Source: a virus
Lineage: Duplodnaviria > Caudoviricetes
DNA: 64,000 bases
Strand: one strand, 5' to 3'
Virus record (IMG/VR): IMGVR_UViG_2595698621_000001
Span: 1 to 64,000 of that record
The notes beneath the pieces are model-generated. The model worked only from the letters and a program-made list of their open reading frames with translations. It ran no database searches and was not told where the DNA came from. The position numbers were made by a program, and so were the translations under genes. Positions 1-7,810 of the stretch are shown piece by piece. How positions within the stretch are numbered: position 1 is the stretch's first letter; every line of letters begins with the position of its first letter.

Positions 1-119
1 CTCTCTTACTCTCTGCGTCGGTGTCGCGTCGTCTATGCAGGAATCCTACTCTGTGTTCCCTACGCCTGTGTGCGTGGCCACGGAAGTATTAATGCTCAAA
101 ATACTCGATGTAATACCGT

Positions 120-464
120 ATGCCCGACAAAGATAATTCGTCGTTGTACCTGGAGCAGAAGGTCGCACGTACAGCAACACAGCAGACTGACTACGCTTCT
201 CTGTCTATGCTCGTAAACGCGCTTCTCGCTGGGTATCTCGAAGGCAAATATGACCCCTGGGACGACTTCGACGCTGAGAACGGATGGGGCAACTCTCCGC
301 GTCATACGTGGGAAGAAGTCGAAGCGTTCATAGAGCAGAATGAGGTGTCTCTGCCTGCTGATGAGGGATATGTAGGCGAGCGATTTGACGATATGGAGAA
401 ACGAATTGACAGACTCGAACGTATCGTAGAAACAGAGACAGGCGTACCGCCTAGCCAGTATTAG
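120..464 (+). CDS. hypothetical protein
   Basis: Acidic 114-aa ORF with upstream TATA-like TATTAA (~88-93). Confidence 0.7.
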   Translation: MPDKDNSSLYLEQKVARTATQQTDYASLSMLVNALLAGYLEGKYDPWDDFDAENGWGNSPRHTWEEVEAFIEQNEVSLPADEGYVGERFDDMEKRIDRLERIVETETGVPPSQY

Positions 465-890
465 CAGTTGAACGTACTGTCTCTAATACTATCTGAGCTG
501 TACGTCTCTACGTATCTCTCTGTGCTCTCTGTACGATTCTCAATTCTTCTGTCTGTGCATATATGCGTAGGGCATACGCCTCTCAGCACACAGAGGTACC
601 GATGCTCACGCTCATACACAGCAGGATGAGGACGTCTCGATAAGCAGCCGGAGGGCACCGGAGAGGCACGGAGACGCGGAGACGAACGCGAGGACGAGAC
701 CCTTCTATTCCGAAACGACCGGGCTCAGATATGTTGGAATACCCGATTCTCAGAATGAGACCAGATTTTCGTGAACCGGGATTTTGACTCCCCGTCCTGT
801 GTTGATGCTATACCCCGTGGGGTGTGTCGAATCCGGGTTGCCCCACATCTCGTTCTCTCGCACTAGTGCCGAAAAATGTGAACCGAGCGT

Positions 891-1196
891 CTACTTCTGC
901 ACGTTGCCGTCGTCCGTTATCTCGCTCGAACGGACCTCGTCGTACTCGATTCTCTCGTTGTCGGTGAAGTCAACGACGACCTCACCATCCTCGATACGAG
1001 CGTCTGGCATCTCCTCGATACACGCCTCACACCAGCGCTCGGTGAACCAATACGGGCCCATCGGTCCTTCGCACCACGGCATCTCGTAATACGGTGCCTC
1101 GTCGGCGCACCCGTTCACTCGAACGGCGTTGCCGCAGTCCATCTCTGCCCACTGTTCAACCCGCGAGCGCGCGTCTTCTATGTCGTCTTCGGTCAT
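891..1196 (-). CDS. early hypothetical protein (Cys-containing)
   Basis: ATG follows the repeated GGAGG..AAAAGAAATG leader; acidic. Confidence 0.75.
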   Translation of the reverse strand: MTEDDIEDARSRVEQWAEMDCGNAVRVNGCADEAPYYEMPWCEGPMGPYWFTERWCEACIEEMPDARIEDGEVVVDFTDNERIEYDEVRSSEITDDGNVQK

Positions 1197-1266
1197 TTCT
1201 TTTCGTCCTCCGCGTATGAAGACACGCACGCCGGCATCATAAAACTCGGTAGCGTGGTGAAAGTGG
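1194..1266 (-). promoter_or_regulatory. repeated early promoter/leader cassette copy
   Basis: ACTTTCAC at 1257-1264 (minus), TTTTATG, GGAGG, AAAAGAAATG. Confidence 0.8.
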
Positions 1267-1512
1267 TCAGTCCATCTCGTCAAGTCGTTCCTCGAGGTCG
1301 TCGTAGTCGTCGTCTGTTGTCCCCCACAACGCGACGAGAACGACGGAGATGACGAAGATGAGTGACCACCCCGCGAACGTCCAGGCGTCGGGGACGAACG
1401 CGGAGAACGCCCTGTCTATGACGTTCTCGAGCGAGAATACGATGACCACGGGTCCGAGGACTTCCCGCGGGATGAAGTAGTCGATGTACTCCGCGAGCTG
1501 TTCACTGTTCAT
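1267..1512 (-). CDS. small membrane protein
   Basis: Two hydrophobic segments, acidic tail. Confidence 0.65.
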   Translation of the reverse strand: MNSEQLAEYIDYFIPREVLGPVVIVFSLENVIDRAFSAFVPDAWTFAGWSLIFVISVVLVALWGTTDDDYDDLEERLDEMD

Positions 1513-1765
1513 CGTCGTCCTCCGGCGCTCGCCAGATAGCGATGCCACACCATATCAGGAACGAGGCAGTTGCGGTTCCGGCTGTGAGCCAGAGCTCGAG
1601 AGATACGAACGCGGCGATTGTTGGGATGAAGAACGCTGCGTTCGGTACTGATGAGCGACGAGTCCATACGGTCTGGGAATCGGCGAGAGCGTATAGCTTT
1701 GTGAGGACACCGACGACTCCGCCGATGGCGAGAACGATGTCTTGCCAGGGAGGTAATTCGAGCAC
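1502..1765 (-). CDS. small 3-TM membrane protein
   Basis: Three hydrophobic helices; overlaps the next ORF. Confidence 0.65.
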   Translation of the reverse strand: MLELPPWQDIVLAIGGVVGVLTKLYALADSQTVWTRRSSVPNAAFFIPTIAAFVSLELWLTAGTATASFLIWCGIAIWRAPEDDDEQ

Positions 1766-1807
1766 ATACGAACGATGCCGACGAACAGCGAAAAAGAGGC
1801 GTGTCGC

Positions 1808-2122
1808 CTACTCGTCGTCCTCGGTCACGTCCTCCCACTCGCCCTTGTACTCCCACCGCAGCGGGAGGAAGGCGTGAGTCTCCGCGCTGCTCACGTCGTC
1901 GTCAGTGAGGAGAGAGTGCGGGTACACGCTCGTCTCGGTCTCGACCTGCGAGTGATACTCCTCGCCCAGCTCGCCCTGCTCTCCGCCGTGGACGAGCGTC
2001 ACGTAGTCGCTGTCCGGGCAGTCATCGACGACGATGGCGTGCCGCGTCTCTCCGTCGTCGTCAACGTACAGGACTCGCTGCGAGATATGAACATCCGCGT
2101 AGTTGGTGCCGTGCATACGCAA
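1808..2122 (-). CDS. hypothetical protein
   Basis: Acidic ORF. Confidence 0.65.
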   Translation of the reverse strand: MRMHGTNYADVHISQRVLYVDDDGETRHAIVVDDCPDSDYVTLVHGGEQGELGEEYHSQVETETSVYPHSLLTDDDVSSAETHAFLPLRWEYKGEWEDVTEDDE

Positions 2123-2181
2123 CTACACGTTCTCGGTAAGGGATAAAAGAGGTGACGGGCTAAGAATCGGTGCGCGTCTGG

Positions 2182-2445
2182 CTACAGCGTGACAGTCGTC
2201 TCGAACGTGACCGTCTCAGGCACGGGTTCGACGGGCAGACCGGCCTGTCTGTTGTCGAACCAGTCTGCTGCCTGCTCCAGACGCTCCATATACTGCCCGT
2301 TGTCCGCGTCCTCGATGAAGTTGACGAGCTCGAAGTACTCGCACTCGTAGGCGATACGCTGAACGGTCGTCTTGTCGAGCATATTCGTCTTGCCCGAGCG
2401 ACGAACCGCCTCAAACTGCGCGTAGATGGCGATTTCTTCTCTCAT
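2182..2445 (-). CDS. DUF5049-like protein
   Basis: Motif VRRSGKTNMLD..VQRIA....YFELVNFIE resembles DUF5049. Confidence 0.6.
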   Translation of the reverse strand: MREEIAIYAQFEAVRRSGKTNMLDKTTVQRIAYECEYFELVNFIEDADNGQYMERLEQAADWFDNRQAGLPVEPVPETVTFETTVTL

Positions 2446-2690
2446 TAGTTTCCAACCTCCAGGGGAATACCGATTCTGTACTCGTTGTCTTCGTCCTGCG
2501 GCGACGTGTACGTGCTCGCAACCGTCGTCTCCATATCCGCGGTGATACTGTACGGTGCGTCCTCGTTCGTCGACTTGACGAGGAGGATGATACCGCGGAA
2601 AGACGAATTCTGCCCGACGAGTTCCATCTCGTCGTCTTCCTCGATTCTCGCCTTGAGCGTCCTGATGACTTCCTCTGCTGTGTCGTACAT
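2445..2690 (-). CDS. hypothetical protein
   Basis: Acidic ORF with TAATG coupling. Confidence 0.7.
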   Translation of the reverse strand: MYDTAEEVIRTLKARIEEDDEMELVGQNSSFRGIILLVKSTNEDAPYSITADMETTVASTYTSPQDEDNEYRIGIPLEVGN

Positions 2691-3052
2691 TAGTTTTCTA
2701 CCTCCGGGAACCCGACGCCGGTTGCTTCAGTCAACCAGTCAGACAGGTCGTCTCCGATGTTGTCTTCCCACTCAAACTGCTCAGTGTTGTCGTCGAACGT
2801 GCGGTCGGTGACGAGGTACGCCTTCACCTTCGTAGTGCTCTCGAGTGAGTCGCCCCACGAGTTGTGGAAGACGAGCGTGTCGTCGTACTGCGACGTGCTG
2901 ACCGCTACGTTGTCCTCATCCGCCTCGATGCCCTCGAACACCTCGGGCACGTCGTCGAGGATACTCTCCTCACCGAACCGCTCCTTGATGGCGGCGAGAA
3001 CGTCGACTTCCTCAGCAAACCAGCGCTTCAGGACGTAGTACGACTCAGTCAT
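2690..3052 (-). CDS. hypothetical protein
   Basis: Acidic ORF, translationally coupled. Confidence 0.7.
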   Translation of the reverse strand: MTESYYVLKRWFAEEVDVLAAIKERFGEESILDDVPEVFEGIEADEDNVAVSTSQYDDTLVFHNSWGDSLESTTKVKAYLVTDRTFDDNTEQFEWEDNIGDDLSDWLTEATGVGFPEVEN

Positions 3053-3153
3053 CGTATCCGCCCTCCTGCTCGTTGTAGACGATGTCTCTCGCGTCGTTGA
3101 GCGAGATGCTGTACTCCTTCGCCAGGGTCATCGCCGCGTCTTCGAGGTCGACT

Positions 3154-3450
3154 TCAGACATCGGCGTAGTCCCTCGCTTCCTCGATACGCTCGGAAATCT
3201 CTTCGTTCGTGCCGACCAGGCGGTCTATGTCGTTCAGAATCATCCGAACGTCTGACGCGGTCGGCGACCCGCGCACGTACTGACTGGGCAGGAGCGCGAG
3301 TGACTCGCGGGTGTTGTCGTCCTCTATCTCGTCCTCGATGGCCGCGTAGACGTAGTCGAGGGCGTACTCTTCTCTGCTGTCGCCTCCGACGACGCTCGGG
3401 TAGTCGTCGTCAGACGCGAGCTCGTCGAGAGCGTCGGTGTCGATTGGCAT
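3154..3450 (-). CDS. early hypothetical protein
   Basis: ATG directly after a repeated leader cassette. Confidence 0.75.
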   Translation of the reverse strand: MPIDTDALDELASDDDYPSVVGGDSREEYALDYVYAAIEDEIEDDNTRESLALLPSQYVRGSPTASDVRMILNDIDRLVGTNEEISERIEEARDYADV

Positions 3451-3520
3451 TTCTTTTGTCCTCCGCACCCGAACGTACACAGGGTAGTACCATAAAAGTC
3501 GGTAGCGGAGTGAAAGTAAA
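3448..3520 (-). promoter_or_regulatory. repeated early promoter/leader cassette copy
   Basis: ACTTTCAC 3510-3517, TTTTATGGTAC, GTGTAC, GGAGG, AAAAGAAATG. Confidence 0.85.
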
Positions 3521-3531
3521 AGACACGCCCT

Positions 3532-3717
3532 CTACTGCGTGTACTCGTCCCAGAACTGTTCCCAGAAATCGTCCTGCATACGAGGAAACCACCACGCAGC
3601 ATCGAGGTCCTCGAAGTGGTGCTCGCAGTTGTCACACTCGTAGACGATACCTTCGACGAACGTCCAGTGGTCGTCGTTGATGCCGCACGCTGGGCAGAAA
3701 CAGTAGGATTCTGTCAT
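3532..3717 (-). CDS. zinc-ribbon microprotein with W-x7-FW motif
   Basis: CPAC..CDNC plus WFPRMQDDFWEQFWDEY. Confidence 0.7.
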   Translation of the reverse strand: MTESYCFCPACGINDDHWTFVEGIVYECDNCEHHFEDLDAAWWFPRMQDDFWEQFWDEYTQ

Positions 3718-3968
3718 CCGAAGAGGTCGCCGAGGCCTTCGGTCGGTTCGACACCAACACGACGGCACGCGACCTCGTACATCGTTTCCACGTCGTTGAA
3801 CCTGTCCCCGTCGAGTGTGCTGCGCGTCTCCCCGTCGTCTGTACGTATGACGAGGTGGAACTTCGACTTGGTCGTATGCACCGCGGCGAGCTCGAACCCG
3901 TTAACGCGCAAGCTCTCGCGTTCTCCGGAAATCAGGTCGCGCAGGTCGCTCTTCACGAAGTCAGACAT
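3714..3968 (-). CDS. hypothetical protein
   Basis: ATGA-coupled ORF. Confidence 0.65.
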   Translation of the reverse strand: MSDFVKSDLRDLISGERESLRVNGFELAAVHTTKSKFHLVIRTDDGETRSTLDGDRFNDVETMYEVACRRVGVEPTEGLGDLFG

Positions 3969-4158
3969 AGGTCGATGGGTCCTCCACAGGCGCTTCGTCG
4001 TTGTTGAGCGCGCTCTCTGGCATCAGACCTCGCTCGCACACTGCGCACGTATCGACACCGCCCAGGTCGTCGGCGAGTCCGAACGGGAGCATCTTGACCG
4101 CTCCGCACTCGGGGCAATTGACAGGCGCACGTCCTCTCTCGTCGGTTTCGCCCAGCAT
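3961..4158 (-). CDS. CPxCG zinc-finger microprotein
   Basis: CPECG..CAVC. Confidence 0.6.
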   Translation of the reverse strand: MLGETDERGRAPVNCPECGAVKMLPFGLADDLGGVDTCAVCERGLMPESALNNDEAPVEDPSTYV

Positions 4159-4643
4159 CAGGCAGGCACCTCCTCGTCCCAGGAATCGTCTCGAATCTCG
4201 CACCACTTGTCCGCGGCTGCGTCCTCGAGAATCCGACGCAGCTCGCCGGGATTCTCCTTCATCTCGGTCATCGTCATCCCCGTCTTGACCTCGACGTGGA
4301 CGGTGTGCTCGCCACCGTAGCGGTCGTAGGTTTTGACCGCGCCTTTCGCACGCTTGTAGCGGATGCCGACACGACCGAGGTACCCTTTCGAGAACGGGTA
4401 CTGCCACTCAGTCGCGTGTTGATAATCGCCCGACAGCCCGGCGATGGGACCGCGGTCGTCGAACGTCTTGACGAGGACCGTGCCGATGTTCTTCCGACAC
4501 GCCTCGGCGTTCGTGGTACGCTCGACGAGACGTCCGGTGATTTTCTCGGCGATACGAATCTTCCGCATAGCACGCGAGTCGTCGAGCGGGACGAGGTACT
4601 GATAATCGCCCTGACCGCGCTCGGGTTTAGAATCGTCGTTCAT
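4158..4643 (-). CDS. early hypothetical protein
   Basis: ATG after repeated leader cassette (ACTTTCAC 4700-4707). Confidence 0.75.
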   Translation of the reverse strand: MNDDSKPERGQGDYQYLVPLDDSRAMRKIRIAEKITGRLVERTTNAEACRKNIGTVLVKTFDDRGPIAGLSGDYQHATEWQYPFSKGYLGRVGIRYKRAKGAVKTYDRYGGEHTVHVEVKTGMTMTEMKENPGELRRILEDAAADKWCEIRDDSWDEEVPA

Positions 4644-4731
4644 TTCTTTTCTCCTCACTTGCACGTACACGACCCGGCACCATATAATTCAGTGGCGGGG
4701 TGAAAGTAAAGAGAAGGCGTCTACTGCGTGT

Positions 4732-4884
4732 TTACGCCTCTGGAAGCTCTACTCCTGAATAAGTGACTTCGCACGCCGGACAGCGATGAGCAGGCACGTC
4801 AGCGTCGCCCATCACCAGTCCTGGTTTCGTCAGGTCTGTTTCTCGTTCTACCTCGTGTCCACATTCTGGACATATTTTCGCCAT
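4732..4884 (-). CDS. CPxCG zinc-finger microprotein
   Basis: CPECG..CPAC; preceded by cassette (ACTTTCAC 4942-4949). Confidence 0.65.
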   Translation of the reverse strand: MAKICPECGHEVERETDLTKPGLVMGDADVPAHRCPACEVTYSGVELPEA

Positions 4885-4903
4885 TTCTATCTTGCCTCGC
4901 TCG

Positions 4904-5083
4904 TCACTTCGCGTCCTCGTCTGATAAATTCTCGGAGCGGGGTGAAAGTAGTCGAGCGTCCCAGAATTCGTCGAGGTAGTAGTATCGCCAGCAAGCGTGT
5001 ACCGAGGAGTCACTCACCCGTCCATATCCCGGGTTATACACTCTGTCTGCCTCTGCGACGGGTTCTCCTATCAGCTCGTTCAT
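4904..5083 (-). CDS. W-x7-FW motif microprotein
   Basis: HACWRYYYLDEFWDARL; ATGA-coupled to upstream ORF. Confidence 0.55.
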   Translation of the reverse strand: MNELIGEPVAEADRVYNPGYGRVSDSSVHACWRYYYLDEFWDARLLSPRSENLSDEDAK

Positions 5084-5217
5084 CTCGACCACTTGTCCCA
5101 GAACTCGTCCTCGTGAAAGATACGCCAGGTGGAGCGTGTCGTTGGACCTGTGAGCGACCCTTCAGTCTTTACGTAGTTGTACGCGACCACCGCCGCGTCG
5201 TCCGGGCAGTCACTCAT
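5080..5217 (-). CDS. 45-aa W-x7-FW motif microprotein (not in ORF track)
   Basis: Manual translation MSDCPDDAAVVAYNYVKTEGSLTGPTTRSTWRIFHEDEFWDKWSR; overlaps neighbouring ORFs at both ends. Confidence 0.6.
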   Translation of the reverse strand: MSDCPDDAAVVAYNYVKTEGSLTGPTTRSTWRIFHEDEFWDKWSR

Positions 5218-5398
5218 CGAGGTACATCCTCCAGAATCGTTTGTACCGCGGCGTCTCGACCCACTCTACCATAGCGTGCGTATATCGGTGCTCGCAGTCA
5301 CGACACTCGATAACTCCCGTCTCTGGGAAGAACGTCGAGCTGCTACACCTCGCGCACCGATTGATGAGAACCGAGTCGGGACGTACCGGAAATTCCAT
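5210..5398 (-). CDS. zinc-ribbon microprotein with W-x8-FW motif
   Basis: CARC..CRDC plus HAMVEWVETPRYKRFWRMYL. Confidence 0.65.
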   Translation of the reverse strand: MEFPVRPDSVLINRCARCSSSTFFPETGVIECRDCEHRYTHAMVEWVETPRYKRFWRMYLDE

Positions 5399-5465
5399 AC
5401 GAGGATATGCGACACCCGAGCAGTTGTAACTTGTCAGCCAGAAACGACAGGAAAATTAGGAACCG

Positions 5466-5717
5466 TTACTCCTCGACGAGTAACCACTCGTGCAGGTCCT
5501 CGGGCGTTCCGAGATACTCTGCACCGAGGTCGTTCTTAGCGAGAGTGCGAACGGTTCCCGGGTACAGAGTGCGGGAATTGGTGCAGAGGACGAGCGTGTA
5601 CCCGCCTCCGAACTCTTCGGCATCCTCCTTCAAACGCAGGAGCAACTCCTCCTCGTGAAGGTGTCCGTACTCCTTCTGCACCTCAGCGACCGTGTCGCCG
5701 CGGAGGTAGTCAGTCAT
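5466..5717 (-). CDS. hypothetical protein
   Basis: Acidic coupled ORF. Confidence 0.6.
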   Translation of the reverse strand: MTDYLRGDTVAEVQKEYGHLHEEELLLRLKEDAEEFGGGYTLVLCTNSRTLYPGTVRTLAKNDLGAEYLGTPEDLHEWLLVEE

Positions 5718-5952
5718 CGCTCTCGACCTCCCACGAACAGTTGCCGCACTGGTCAGACTTCGTCAGCGAGTGAACCTGCTCGTATGCGGGCAGGTCTGGG
5801 TCGTAGGTGAACCCGGCGTCTCCGCTGACGTGATACTCGAGGCCGCACGCCGTCTCGATTATGAAGTCGTACAGAGGACGCGGAGATTCCTCGAAGTCGA
5901 CCACGCGGTGAGCGACGCCCGATTCATTACGCCAGAAACGAAGCTCACTCAT
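5710..5952 (-). CDS. hypothetical protein (H..TACG..CxxC)
   Basis: Coupled ORF with putative Zn ligands. Confidence 0.6.
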   Translation of the reverse strand: MSELRFWRNESGVAHRVVDFEESPRPLYDFIIETACGLEYHVSGDAGFTYDPDLPAYEQVHSLTKSDQCGNCSWEVESDD

Positions 5953-6408
5953 CGTCGCCCTCCAGACGGTTGCGGATACTCGAAAGCGATTCTGCCTGGT
6001 GGTTGCGCGTCCACGCGAGCATCTCCTCGTCGTCGAACCCGCAGTTCTGACAGCAACTCGCGTCGTTCAGGTAAATCCGACCGTTGACAACCTGGTGCGC
6101 AGGATTCTCGACGGTCGAACCGCAGTACTCGCACTCGCTCACGCTGACCACCCGTAACTGCACGAATTACAGTGCTGATGAGTCTTGCCGAGGTTCTCGC
6201 GTTCCTCGGTGTCGTTGCTTCCGCACCGCGGACAGGTCGTGTCGTCGTTCGTCATTTCTTTTCTGACCTCATCTGCACGTACACGGCCTGGTATCATAAA
6301 AGTGCGTACCACGGTGAAAGTGGACAGAAACACCGGCGTCTCTGGATGTCAAGATATACCTCCCGTGTCGCGTTAGCTGTAGACGAGCGGAGGGAGTATT
6401 AACATCAT

Positions 6409-6738
6409 ATGGAAGACGACCTTATAGACACACTAAGGTACGCTATGACCGTTAGAAGAAGTAAGAAGATGACGAATAGATACTACGGAAGGAGTCCAGT
6501 ACAGTCGTTGAAGACTGGTTCTGGTTCAACTATCTCGTTCGACCGTAGTACGCAGAAGAAACGACTACGAGGACTGAGTACGAGGTACAGTTGGACACCA
6601 GAGCCCGAGACATACGATAACCCGTGGGACGCTCCTATCTGGCGTAAGTGGATGGGTCGTGCCGAAGAGTTCTGGGACGCACGTTTACAGGCGAGTATCC
6701 TGTGGGAGTTTGAGAAGAACGATGAAGGTAGACGTTGA
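6409..6738 (+). CDS. W-x6-FW motif protein
   Basis: WRKWMGRAEEFWDARL; upstream TATTAA. Confidence 0.55.
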   Translation: MEDDLIDTLRYAMTVRRSKKMTNRYYGRSPVQSLKTGSGSTISFDRSTQKKRLRGLSTRYSWTPEPETYDNPWDAPIWRKWMGRAEEFWDARLQASILWEFEKNDEGRR

Positions 6739-6934
6739 GGGTATAGAAGTCGAGATAGAGGGTGTAGACCGTGGAGAACTACCCTCTGCGTTCGACTTCG
6801 GCGAGATGTGGGAGTTAGCGTCCCGGGGTGAATCCGTCGAGTCGATGGCGAGATACGTACACGCTCAGAGATGGGTCGAGTCGTCGAGGACTACGATGTT
6901 CTGGGACCTATGGGAACGCTCAGCAGAAAGATGA
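6722..6934 (+). CDS. W-x8-FW motif microprotein
   Basis: HAQRWVESSRTTMFWDLW. Confidence 0.6.
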   Translation: MKVDVEGIEVEIEGVDRGELPSAFDFGEMWELASRGESVESMARYVHAQRWVESSRTTMFWDLWERSAER

Positions 6935-7008
6935 AACCCGACTGGACACAGCGTCGCCGTCGCCTGTTTTGGGACGAGCGACTCGACGTTTCCCAGAGAC
7001 GTAAGTGA
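6931..7008 (+). CDS. 25-aa W-x7-FW motif peptide (not in ORF track)
   Basis: ATGA-coupled; MKPDWTQRRRRLFWDERLDVSQRRK. Confidence 0.5.
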   Translation: MKPDWTQRRRRLFWDERLDVSQRRK

Positions 7009-7115
7009 ATCTGGGTCGAGGCGTATAATAGGAGGACAAACGATGGTTGATTTGCTCGGGCTGTGTTGGGACGACTTCCTGTCGTTCCGCGACAGTCTAC
7101 ACGAGAACGACAAAG

Positions 7116-7421
7116 ATGAACGAGTACGAGAAAGCAGCGAAGGCAGTGGGCGAGGACACTCTGTTTCCGAGCCTGAATCCCAGCGACGACGTTAAGCACG
7201 CTATCTGGAGTCGTCGGCATCAAAATCGGTTTTGGAGCCGGTATCTCGAAACCTCTGGGAACGCTTGTCCTGCGTGCGGGTCGACTGACTACGAAGTCAA
7301 CGAGCGAGAATTGTATCAGGTAGGGCAGGAGAAGCCAGCGAGCGTGCGTGTCTGGTACTCGTGTAATGAGTGCGGTGTTAGATGGGAAAATGACTACACA
7401 GAACCCAACAAGAAAAAATGA
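7116..7421 (+). CDS. W-x7-FW motif plus TFS/RPB9-like zinc-ribbon protein
   Basis: HAIWSRRHQNRFWSRYL then CPACG..E.P..VWYSCNECGVRW, resembling a TFIIS/TFS C-terminal ribbon. Confidence 0.6.
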   Translation: MNEYEKAAKAVGEDTLFPSLNPSDDVKHAIWSRRHQNRFWSRYLETSGNACPACGSTDYEVNERELYQVGQEKPASVRVWYSCNECGVRWENDYTEPNKKK

Positions 7422-7810
7422 CTGACGAACCACAAGACGGCGTTATCGTTCATATATCGCCAACGAGAGCACAACACGGTGTAATTCACGCGGAACCCTG
7501 CGACTGCACCGATATTATACAGGTCGGTGGCGAGGAGGAGAGGGCGCTTAAATTCGTCGAGGACTTCGTGACGAGTCTCGCCGCGCAGCATAACTGCTAC
7601 TTTGTAGGTTGTAAGGACTGCGGGTGGGAAGGATTCTTCGGACCTGGTCCTCGTGCGACGAGCGAGGACAATAAGGCGGTGGTCGCCGAAGCAAGTTGTC
7701 CGGAGTGCTCCGGTGACATAATCGACCTACAGAACGATGACTGCGACCACGAAACCGAAGCGCTCGACTTTCACTACGACGAAAACGAACTACTGAACGA
7801 CGATGACTGA
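7418..7810 (+). CDS. zinc-finger protein
   Basis: CKDCGW..CPEC. Confidence 0.65.
   Translation: MTDEPQDGVIVHISPTRAQHGVIHAEPCDCTDIIQVGGEEERALKFVEDFVTSLAAQHNCYFVGCKDCGWEGFFGPGPRATSEDNKAVVAEASCPECSGDIIDLQNDDCDHETEALDFHYDENELLNDDD

Noticed and set aside
6175-6215. CTGATGA hammerhead-like core
   Set aside because: No stem II/GAAA downstream; lies antisense to a coding region.
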